Below are positions 46,914-55,384 of a DNA stretch of 64,000 nt, piece by piece. The notes under the pieces are model-generated. The model worked only from the letters and a program-made list of their open reading frames with translations, did no database searches and was not told where the DNA came from. This DNA comes from Candidatus Ozemobacteraceae bacterium. GTDB lineage: Bacteria > Muiribacteriota > Ozemobacteria > Ozemobacterales > Ozemobacteraceae. Each line of letters begins with the position of its first letter. Position 1 is the stretch's first letter. The stretch spans positions 2,656,001 through 2,720,000 of the forward strand of contig OZ223236.1 of assembly GCA_965140445.1 (NCBI GenBank), in the 5' to 3' direction. Both the position numbers and the translations under genes were made by a program.

Positions 46914-49092
46914 AGAAACTTACGGGTGGTGGTTTTATAACAGGATCGCCCAAACCGCGTTTAACTACTTCTGCGGCTTTGGCCTGGCCAATTTGAAATG
47001 CTTCTGTTTCTCCATTGGGAACATTTGAGTGGGTTGGAATTTCTTCGTTCCTTACGAAAAGGGTTTGAGTTGGGAAAGCAAATTCAACGCCAAGTTGCTT
47101 GGCTAGTCGGATGATATCGTTGAACAGGCGATGTTTTTCTCTTAACTCGGTAGACCAGTCTGGAGTTTGAACAAAGCAATATAAGAGTATGTTCAAGCTT
47201 GAGTTGGCAAATTCGTTCAGGTATACGTGGAAATAGTCTTTGCGGGAATATGGATGTTTTCTAATAATTTCTCGAATTCCTTCACAAAATGCATCAATTT
47301 TGTCTGGAGGGGTATCATAGGTAACCCCTATTTTACATGTGATTCTGCGAAACTTTCTGGCTCCCCAGTTATCAATTGTTGCAGTAATTAACTGAGAATT
47401 TGGAATAGAGATTAAAGAATTGTAGAAAGTTCTAATTCTTGTACTTCTTACTCCAACTGACTCAACAGTTCCATCTGCAGCCCCTATTGTAACCCAGTCT
47501 CCAATTTGAAATGGTCTATCAATAAGGATGGTTAGAGAACCAAAGATATTGGAAATAGTGTCTTTTGCGGCTAGAGCGAAGGCTAAACCTCCGATTCCAA
47601 GTCCGGCAAGTATTTTGTCTATATCAAGAGCAAATATATCCGCAATAAAAACCAGGCCAATTGCAATTGCCAGAACCTTTAATGTCCTGGTTACAAGCGG
47701 GACGAGTAAATCATCAAACTTGTTTTCGGTCAGTTCTGCTTTGGCCTGTAGATAGTTGCCAACCAGATCCATAAGTCTATAACCAGCCCAGATGCCGGAA
47801 ATAGCTGTGATAACCTTTACCGTTACCAGTAGGAATAAACGCGCATTTCCGGGTAAACCAAGAGTGGTTAAACCTATCCACCATGACCAACTGGTAAGAG
47901 TTATTGAAATTGGTTTTAAAAACCGACTTTCAATTCCCGTATCAATACTTAGGTCTTCCCTTTTAAAGATCAGAGTAATACTTTTTCTGAGGATATTTGT
48001 TACCAGACGACTGATTCCAAGACCAAGGAAAATAATACAGAACATCCCGATCCATTGCCAGTTTTCCAGGAAAAGCGACTTGCTCATCAGGCCTGGAAAG
48101 TTCTGCTTCATGTAATCTCTTAATCTTACGGAAAAAGGCACATCAACATTAGTGCTAACCCCTTTTACAATGGGCTTATTTTTGAACTCATCATAAAGCT
48201 TTGGTAAATCATCTACTGTCTGGGCAGAAAACAGCCATGATTCGATGTTTGAATCGGGTTGCTTAATGCGTTCAATTACAATTCTACCCTTTTGATGGTT
48301 TAAAACAACATAGGGTGGGCCTTTAGGATCATTCGGAACCTCGACCAGATCAATAAATTTATATCTATCCAGCACAGATTTCAGCATGGCAATGCGTTCT
48401 GCGCCTATATCTTTCTTTACTGCTTTTTCAAATCTGGACATATCTAATGCCCTGATTGCTTCTTCTGGTCCTTCTTTCTTTACTTTGCGCATGGCGGTAA
48501 AGTAAAAATTAAGACTATCTCTGGCAGATTTAAATACCGGGTCAATTGTTGAGTCTTCTTCTTGATCTTTATGGCTTTTTTCAATTAAATCAAGATATTC
48601 GTTCAGTTTTGATAAGGTTCTTGTGTAGTTAAATTTCCATTGATCATTATCATATCTATAAAGGACAATTTTTACTCCAATCTCTTCGCCGATAGGAAGT
48701 GTGTAAGTTTTGCCCTTGGGTTGTTCCGGGATTGCATCGATTTTAAAGGTAAAGCTGTTAAGTATTTTAAAAAGCTGATTTGATAGTTCAACGCTTTTGG
48801 CTTCACGATTTTCGGCAGGTATTTCTTCGAGGTGCAATGCGCTGATTGCCTGATTGAAGTTTTTGGTTTTGCCCTGTTCCACATCATTCATTACGCTCAT
48901 GAAAAGGCGAATTGTTTTGCGTGGGGTTTCAAAAAGATTGACTGGTTCTTCAACTTTTTGAGCCTGTGAAGCTGTTCCTGTAGCTAAACCTTCAATAGTG
49001 GATTCTGCTATTGGCTGCTGTTGCTGTGAATAAATGGGGGTAATAATCTGAAATGCAAAAAATAAAATAATTGCCAGTGTACGAAAAATCAT
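46912..49092 (-). CDS. MscS-family mechanosensitive channel with large periplasmic N-terminal region
   Basis: LAGLGIGGLAFALAAKDT, DRPFQIGDWV, GTVESVGVRSTRIRT, FAFPTQT. Confidence 0.93.
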   Translation of the reverse strand: MIFRTLAIILFFAFQIITPIYSQQQQPIAESTIEGLATGTASQAQKVEEPVNLFETPRKTIRLFMSVMNDVEQGKTKNFNQAISALHLEEIPAENREAKSVELSNQLFKILNSFTFKIDAIPEQPKGKTYTLPIGEEIGVKIVLYRYDNDQWKFNYTRTLSKLNEYLDLIEKSHKDQEEDSTIDPVFKSARDSLNFYFTAMRKVKKEGPEEAIRALDMSRFEKAVKKDIGAERIAMLKSVLDRYKFIDLVEVPNDPKGPPYVVLNHQKGRIVIERIKQPDSNIESWLFSAQTVDDLPKLYDEFKNKPIVKGVSTNVDVPFSVRLRDYMKQNFPGLMSKSLFLENWQWIGMFCIIFLGLGISRLVTNILRKSITLIFKREDLSIDTGIESRFLKPISITLTSWSWWIGLTTLGLPGNARLFLLVTVKVITAISGIWAGYRLMDLVGNYLQAKAELTENKFDDLLVPLVTRTLKVLAIAIGLVFIADIFALDIDKILAGLGIGGLAFALAAKDTISNIFGSLTILIDRPFQIGDWVTIGAADGTVESVGVRSTRIRTFYNSLISIPNSQLITATIDNWGARKFRRITCKIGVTYDTPPDKIDAFCEGIREIIRKHPYSRKDYFHVYLNEFANSSLNILLYCFVQTPDWSTELREKHRLFNDIIRLAKQLGVEFAFPTQTLFVRNEEIPTHSNVPNGETEAFQIGQAKAAEVVKRGLGDPVIKPPPVSF

Positions 49093-49268
49093 CGAATCCT
49101 CCTGATCAGGTCTTTGTTCCTGATGAGTTTTTTAACATGTTGAGTTCTTTTGTGCAAACCTTATTTCTTTTTTTTATACGACTCAAGTTGATAAAGATGG
49201 CTTAATTGACTATAGTTAGAGTTCAGAAGTGCTATTTTATCTCACACAGGAGTCAGCTGCTTAAGACT

Positions 49269-49688
49269 ATGAAAGAAAGCTTTAAAAAGATTCGCGAAAA
49301 TCTCAAATTAATTGATATTCTGGAAAAAAAACATAAAATCAAAGCCAATAATGATAATGATGACCCATTGCTATATTGCGGTGTTGTAGAGTCAAACATT
49401 ATTAAAGCCTTGACTCCGGACGTAGAGAAATTCTTCGGCAAACCTTACAAAGCAGCAGGAGAGGGCGCTTTTTTCAAGAATTTCTTTGATAAATTTATTC
49501 GTGAAGTTGGCGGAGCTAGAAAAGAACAAACACTTTACAAAATTGATGTAGATGACCAGACATGTTTGTATTGCGCGTTCTGGCCTTGGGGAAGCAATCC
49601 GGTTAACACATCAATACGAATTGGGCTTGTTTGTTACGGGGCTGATGAAAGAGACCAATATACAAAAGAGTTAAAAGGGGAATTCTAG
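49269..49688 (+). CDS. Hypothetical protein
   Basis: ORF with GGARKEQTLY and AFWPWG segments; start uncertain (49206-49269). Confidence 0.65.
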   Translation: MKESFKKIRENLKLIDILEKKHKIKANNDNDDPLLYCGVVESNIIKALTPDVEKFFGKPYKAAGEGAFFKNFFDKFIREVGGARKEQTLYKIDVDDQTCLYCAFWPWGSNPVNTSIRIGLVCYGADERDQYTKELKGEF

Positions 49689-49705
49689 ATTCCAGGGAGG
49701 AAATT

Positions 49706-50107
49706 TTGAGTCAGTTAAAAAGACAACATTTTTATCTAATTGAACTTGCAAAGCAAACTATTGCCAAAAGATTTAAAGAAGGGCGACACCATGCATTTGC
49801 TGCTTTAAGAACTCGATCAGGGAAGGTGTTCTCAGGCATCCAGCTTAAAACTGAAGTTGCCAGGGCATCTGTCTGCGCCGAGGCTTCTGCTATTGCCGTT
49901 GCAGCAAGTGAAGGTGACACAGAAATTGAGACCATTGCAGTTGTAAATCGCTACGGAGAATTGGTTCCACCTTGTGGGCTGTGCAGAGAGTTAATTTTGC
50001 ACTATTCACCGAAAGCCGAAGTGTTAGTTCCCGGCCCTAATGGGGGCAAGGTTATGACCATACAGCAATTATTACCTTTGAGACAGGGGTATAACCAGGA
50101 TAAATAG
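49706..50107 (+). CDS. Cytidine deaminase / blasticidin-S deaminase-like protein
   Basis: CAE...PCGLCRE zinc motif; GGGAGG SD before TTG. Confidence 0.88.
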   Translation: MSQLKRQHFYLIELAKQTIAKRFKEGRHHAFAALRTRSGKVFSGIQLKTEVARASVCAEASAIAVAASEGDTEIETIAVVNRYGELVPPCGLCRELILHYSPKAEVLVPGPNGGKVMTIQQLLPLRQGYNQDK

Positions 50108-50110
50108 GAA

Positions 50111-50395
50111 ATGAATGATCAGCCTGTCGAAATTCCTATAAATGGGATTTTAGATCTTCACACCTTTGCTCCCTCAGAGGTCAGGTTTCTGGTGAGGGAT
50201 TACATTGAAGAATGCCTTGCCTTGAATATTTTTGAATTAAGAATTATTCACGGTAAAGGCATTGGAAATCTTAGAAGAATGGTTCATTCCGTTCTTGATA
50301 AACATGAATCAGTTGAAAGATTTGAGTTAGGCAAAGAAGATTCAGGAAGCTGGGGCGCAACTCTGGTATGGTTGAAGAAAAGAAGCATGAAATAA
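50111..50395 (+). CDS. Stand-alone Smr/MutS2 domain protein
   Basis: LDLHTF, IIHGKGIGNLR, GSWGATLV. Confidence 0.9.
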   Translation: MNDQPVEIPINGILDLHTFAPSEVRFLVRDYIEECLALNIFELRIIHGKGIGNLRRMVHSVLDKHESVERFELGKEDSGSWGATLVWLKKRSMK

Positions 50396-50886
50396 ATGGT
50401 TTGATAAAAGCCGTTTCAGAAGATGATGAAAATGAGTTTAAAAAATGGGCTTCAGGCTATTCGATTTATGATATGACCTGCAGACCTGTTTCAAATGAAG
50501 GGAAGAGGATCGCAGAGGTTCAAAAACCTTGCAGGTTAAGCTACTTCATAGATGGAGTGGAAAAGCCAGTTGGACGCTTTACCTGGTTTGATTACAATCC
50601 AAGAAATGAATCTGCAGAATTTGGCTATATTGTCAGCCCTAAGTTTCAAAATAGAGGCATTTGCACCAAAATGCTAAAAGACGCCTTTAATCATATTTTC
50701 AGCAATACCAAGGTTAATAAACTTTATTGCCAGACCGCAGTCTTTAATAAAGCTTCCGTAAAAGTTTTACGTAAAATTGGCATGCATCTGGATGGAATCT
50801 TAAGGCAGCATCATGAAAAAAACGGAACACTTCATGACGATTTGTTGTTTAGCATTCTTCGTTCTGAATGGGAAAAATCATCTTAA
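50368..50886 (+). CDS. GNAT N-acetyltransferase (RimJ/RimL-like)
   Basis: AEFGY, FQNRGIC, NKASVKVLRKIGM, SILRSEW; start uncertain. Confidence 0.85.
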   Translation: MVEEKKHEINGLIKAVSEDDENEFKKWASGYSIYDMTCRPVSNEGKRIAEVQKPCRLSYFIDGVEKPVGRFTWFDYNPRNESAEFGYIVSPKFQNRGICTKMLKDAFNHIFSNTKVNKLYCQTAVFNKASVKVLRKIGMHLDGILRQHHEKNGTLHDDLLFSILRSEWEKSS

Positions 50887-52737
50887 AAAATCGCCATCTT
50901 CTCCTATTTTCCCTGGCCCCCTCAGAACATAAATTCCAGCTGAATTTGCATTAACATTAAATTCAATTGTCAGGCTGTCAGTTGCAACATCGATTGAATT
51001 TCCACTGATAGCATCAATATATGTACCAGCTAACACTCTTTCTACCCTAATGGCTTGCGGAATTACAGCGGACAAGCCAACAACTGCATAGCTTTCTCCA
51101 TTGTTGTAATTTCTGACAAAGCTCATTCCTGAAGCCCATGTTTTACCATTTTCAATTTTACCAGTTCTCAGCGCTGGTATTGAGGCTCTAATTAGATTTA
51201 GTCTTTTTATGTGTTTATAGATTGAATGTGCTTGAGAATTTGCAATATTGGCATCAGAAAGGTTATCGCCAAAATATGCTTTCCCGGTTGAGCTTAGCAT
51301 GTCATAGTCGGTTACCGGCACCTGAGGGAATCCTTTCTGAAATTCTATTTCTTCTCCGGCAATGATTGATGGCACTCCTCGCATTGTCCAGAGAAGAGTG
51401 TATGCATTCGCAGCAATAGAAGTTTCTCCGCTAAATTTGGTAAGGTTTCCGGTCTCAGGGCCATTGTCAAAGTTATGAAAAAAAGTAACAAGTTTGTATG
51501 GATCACCATAAGCCCAATCAAATTGAAGGATTTTTTCGATTCCAGAGTAGTATCCCTGAGTGATGTTTTCAGCAAAAGATTTAAACAATGGGTAATCCAT
51601 AACTACCAAACCTGAATCCGGACCGCCATCTGGATCATTGGTTATACTGGTAGTTTTTGAATACCACCAGGGGCATAGCTCAGAAGGCTCAGTTTCATTG
51701 TTTAGTTTCCCAAGGCCGCTTTGAACTGGTGATACATCTGCAAAAACGTAAAGATCTGGTTTCATGGCTTTCCAGTCGTTAAGCATTACCAGAAGATCAT
51801 ACCTGGGAATATTTCTGGCAAATTGAAGGCGAAAGCCATCAACGCCCATATCCAGATATTTTTTTACTACTTTTTTGAAATAATCTTTTACGCGCCAGTT
51901 TTCAGTTGCCAGATCCAGAGCATTTTCTTCGATGTGTTGGTTCTGAACGGAACTCTGATCTAGATTGCTGGCATTCTGAAACCATCCGGCTTTATGATAC
52001 AGATCGCCATCTAATTGAGTTTCGTCTGTTCCAAAAAATCTTTCTGCGGGAAAACCTTCTTGTGGCAACATTGTGCCAGTAACCGGATCTTTTAGTGGGC
52101 CAGCTGCCCATTGGTCCCGATAAAGAAAGTCTTTGAACCAGTCGGGTGCGCAAGGGTTATCGTTATCCATTCTGAATGGGTGTTTATGGTTGCCCCAGTT
52201 AAAAATGTATGGCCAGGTTGGCTCGGTGCTGGCTTTATAAAACTTTATGGGAAGCCGAGGGACAAAGAATTCGTTGCGAATGCCGTAGTTGGAGCTATGA
52301 TTCATGACAAGGGTTTGGATTAATCGTATACCCTTGGTATGAGCTGCAGTTATTAGATCGTAGTAGGAAGCATCTGGGGATTCAAGTCTTGGATCGATTT
52401 TCAACCAATCGTAGGAATAGTTTCCCGAAAAATCCAATCCCCCCCGATTTTCTACTGGTTGTGAAATGCAGATCGTTGTAAAGCCTAAATCTTTTATGTA
52501 ATCAAGCTTACTAATCAAGCCTTTAAAATCGCCGCGCCAATGGGGATCACCTTTTTCTATTCGCTCTCTGTTGTAGTAATTGTTGCTTTCATCCCCGTCA
52601 AAAAAACGACTGACATTAATGTTATATATTGTTTCATCTTTAAAATTACCGGGTTGATGAAATTCCGCAGCCTGAATCAGCGTAATATTTGAGAAGATTA
52701 AAGTCGTCAGGATTATACTTAAGAACTTTTTTTTCAT
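50878..52737 (-). CDS. Secreted GH13 alpha-amylase-family protein with degenerate catalytic motifs
   Basis: RFFDGD, GDFKGLISKLDYIKDLGFT, GVDGFRLQ, RGVPSI; likely ATG 52737 (GGAG SD, signal peptide). Confidence 0.85.
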   Translation of the reverse strand: MKKKFLSIILTTLIFSNITLIQAAEFHQPGNFKDETIYNINVSRFFDGDESNNYYNRERIEKGDPHWRGDFKGLISKLDYIKDLGFTTICISQPVENRGGLDFSGNYSYDWLKIDPRLESPDASYYDLITAAHTKGIRLIQTLVMNHSSNYGIRNEFFVPRLPIKFYKASTEPTWPYIFNWGNHKHPFRMDNDNPCAPDWFKDFLYRDQWAAGPLKDPVTGTMLPQEGFPAERFFGTDETQLDGDLYHKAGWFQNASNLDQSSVQNQHIEENALDLATENWRVKDYFKKVVKKYLDMGVDGFRLQFARNIPRYDLLVMLNDWKAMKPDLYVFADVSPVQSGLGKLNNETEPSELCPWWYSKTTSITNDPDGGPDSGLVVMDYPLFKSFAENITQGYYSGIEKILQFDWAYGDPYKLVTFFHNFDNGPETGNLTKFSGETSIAANAYTLLWTMRGVPSIIAGEEIEFQKGFPQVPVTDYDMLSSTGKAYFGDNLSDANIANSQAHSIYKHIKRLNLIRASIPALRTGKIENGKTWASGMSFVRNYNNGESYAVVGLSAVIPQAIRVERVLAGTYIDAISGNSIDVATDSLTIEFNVNANSAGIYVLRGPGKIGEDGDFLR

Positions 52738-52826
52738 AATTTTAGCTCCCGAATAGCTAAGAGATAATAACCATAGGGACGATAAAATCAAGGAAAACAA
52801 AAAAAAAGATTCCTAAGGAAGCAAAC

Positions 52827-53549
52827 ATGATTAATCGCAGCATTTTACTCAGCCTTTTATTTATTTCACTTATCGCGCCCATGAATTTTGCACAACCTCT
52901 AAACGGCAGGTTATCGCTGGGATATACAGATTCAAGCGGAAATACTGACGAGCAGAAGTTAAACTTTGATTTTGATTTTACCCAGAAAAAAAGTGAAAAA
53001 CTTAACCTTGTTTACAAGGGACTTTTTAACTACGGAAAAGCAGCTGGTGTAACTAATTCTGATAAAAAGAAAGTTAAGGTTCTTAGTGAATTTGTTAAAG
53101 ATGTTAACAGTTCTTATTATGCCAATCTTGGTGTTCTTCAGGACAAATTTGCAGGTTATGAAAGTCAGAAAACTCTCGGTCTGGGTTATTTGCAGAAAAT
53201 TTTTGTTGGCGAGCAATACAACTTAAGTGGAGCTCTGGGGGGAGAATTTACTCGTGATGAGTATACAGACTCAACCAACAAAACCAGAAGCTGGTTTAGA
53301 GCCGGATTAAATGGTGATCGTCAAATGGCTGAAAACATCAAAATGATCAGTGAATTAGTAATGGTTGCCCCAAAAGACAATTTCGAAGATCAATATCAAG
53401 TGGATTTTGCTTTGGGCAGCGTTTTTACCGTAAACACTCAGTTTGACCTGGAAATGAAATACTCGGTTTCCTATAAGAAGCAACCTGTTGTAACTGGTAA
53501 ACAAAAGCAGGACGCCATTTTTTACACCAACCTGGTTTACAAACTTTAA
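52827..53549 (+). CDS. DUF481-like outer-membrane beta-barrel
   Basis: Signal peptide, LGYTDSSGNT, DKFAG, alternating beta pattern, terminal LVYKL. Confidence 0.8.
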   Translation: MINRSILLSLLFISLIAPMNFAQPLNGRLSLGYTDSSGNTDEQKLNFDFDFTQKKSEKLNLVYKGLFNYGKAAGVTNSDKKKVKVLSEFVKDVNSSYYANLGVLQDKFAGYESQKTLGLGYLQKIFVGEQYNLSGALGGEFTRDEYTDSTNKTRSWFRAGLNGDRQMAENIKMISELVMVAPKDNFEDQYQVDFALGSVFTVNTQFDLEMKYSVSYKKQPVVTGKQKQDAIFYTNLVYKL

Positions 53550-53735
53550 GCAATCAATTTAAAACACGTTTTAAAGCAAAAAGTTCGCATTTAACAAATA
53601 TCATTCATCATTTTTATTCGTTTAATATGGTGGATGATATTTATTTTTAGCCTGGAATTTGGCTGTTTAAATGCAAATTCAATCTTCTCCCATTTTTTAA
53701 GGTGGCATAGTTGTTTTTACTATAGCTATATGAGC

Positions 53736-54206
53736 CTATAGATAAAGCTTGTAAACCACTTGAAGCTCATCAAACCTTTCAAGTTCCATTATTTTTTTCA
53801 TTCCAAGTCGTTCAAGGAGTTTTCTGGATCTTTGATTCACTTTTTGGGTTTCTGCATATAGTTCTGTAATTTTCAGGGCGACTTTTGCTTTCTCAATAAA
53901 ACTTTGGATAGCTTGAAATGCAATACCTTTCCCCCAGTATTCAGGCAAAAATTGGTATGACAATTCTTTGGAATTCTTTTCATGATATGAGTCTATTGAA
54001 ATTAATCCCGCCTGGTTTCCAAGCTCGTCTTCTACAATGTAAAACAGTGATTCTGCTTCATTCGCACTAATCATATTGCTAAAGTTTTTTTCAATTCGTG
54101 CAATATCTGCAATTCCACCAAGATGCTTTCGAACCAGCTCGTTTTGCCATAATTTACAGCAAAAATCGAAATCATTTTTTGAAATTTTTCTTACTCTTAC
54201 ATCCAT
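53736..54206 (-). CDS. GNAT N-acetyltransferase (RimJ/RimL-like)
   Basis: ELSYQFLPEYWGKGIA, AETQKVNQRSRKLLERLGM. Confidence 0.88.
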   Translation of the reverse strand: MDVRVRKISKNDFDFCCKLWQNELVRKHLGGIADIARIEKNFSNMISANEAESLFYIVEDELGNQAGLISIDSYHEKNSKELSYQFLPEYWGKGIAFQAIQSFIEKAKVALKITELYAETQKVNQRSRKLLERLGMKKIMELERFDELQVVYKLYL

Positions 54207-54254
54207 TATTCTGCTTATTCCGCTACTACTTAACTTTTAAATGAAATTTTATAG

Positions 54255-55205
54255 TCATAAAAATTTTTCATGATCCTCAATTACATCTCTGATTATTTTT
54301 TTAATTCTTTTCTCCGCTGGAGAGCCTGAGTTTGCAATTTCTTTAAGAGAAATTAATGCTTTCCAAAGAGTCCAGCACCTTGCCCTTGCCCAGGTAGGTT
54401 TATCAAAATTTAAGCGTTTTTTAAAAATCGAGCGGCTTTCACCAGAAAAAATTGTCCATGCTACAACCAGGTCACATGCAGGGTCACCTATGGTTAATCC
54501 AAGATCAATAACCCCGTATAATTTACCATCTTTAACTAACAGGTTGTCCTGGCTTAAGTCCCCATGAAACCAAACAGGCTCTTTTTCCCATTTTGAGCCT
54601 TTGGAAGAGTTCCAGATTTCTAAAACTTTGTCTTCATCAATTATTTCTTTTAGCTTCAAAATAGCTTGTAAAGTGTCTATTTCATAAATTTCAGGATGAT
54701 TACCCCTGAAAAAATTATGGGGTCCTGGAAGAGGCCCATTAGTAGTCTCTAAACTATATAAAGCATTTAGAAATTCGGTCAAATCCCAGGCAAACCGTTT
54801 TTTATTCGAAATTTGCTTAAAGTCAAAATTATTACCTTCTACCCACTGAAGAACTGACCAATTCCAGGGATATATTTTTTCCGAATGTCCAATTGCTATA
54901 GGCCTGGGAACAGGTAAAGGTAGTTGCATGGCAATTTTTTCCAAATTTAAGTGGCTTGCCTGAATATTTTCAATGCTGCGGGAATATCTTTTGGCAGTTG
55001 GGAATTTTATCAGCATGTCTTCGCCAAGTCGGAAATTTTTGGTGCACCACCCGTTTACTTTTACAGGCTGGATCGGTAGATTTTTCCATTTTGGAAACTG
55101 CCTTTCCACTAATTTGCAAGCTGTTTCCATATCTATTTCCAGCCGCTCAGCGTAAGGCTCTTCTATCAATGTGTATGGGTAATAAATGTCCATAATTGTT
55201 ATCAA
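54255..55205 (-). CDS. APH/choline kinase-like phosphotransferase
   Basis: LPLPVP, WFHGDLSQDNLL, VIDLG, GDPACDL; start may be ATG 55193 or later. Confidence 0.88.
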   Translation of the reverse strand: MITIMDIYYPYTLIEEPYAERLEIDMETACKLVERQFPKWKNLPIQPVKVNGWCTKNFRLGEDMLIKFPTAKRYSRSIENIQASHLNLEKIAMQLPLPVPRPIAIGHSEKIYPWNWSVLQWVEGNNFDFKQISNKKRFAWDLTEFLNALYSLETTNGPLPGPHNFFRGNHPEIYEIDTLQAILKLKEIIDEDKVLEIWNSSKGSKWEKEPVWFHGDLSQDNLLVKDGKLYGVIDLGLTIGDPACDLVVAWTIFSGESRSIFKKRLNFDKPTWARARCWTLWKALISLKEIANSGSPAEKRIKKIIRDVIEDHEKFL

Positions 55206-55384
55206 CTAATTTCCAGCGTACAAAATGGTTATATCAATCCAGGGTAAATGAAAGAAATTATTGCTCCTTCTGTTTAAGTTAAAGCAATCGGCAAAAGGAT
55301 TCAATTGCAATTAGACCTTGCTTAAATTTTTTTTTGTCCCTTAAGCGATTTCAATTAAGGTTCAAAGATTTATTTGAATTTACT

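Noticed and set aside
54255..55205. Bona fide aminoglycoside resistance gene
   Set aside because: Generic APH-fold kinase motifs only; substrate cannot be inferred
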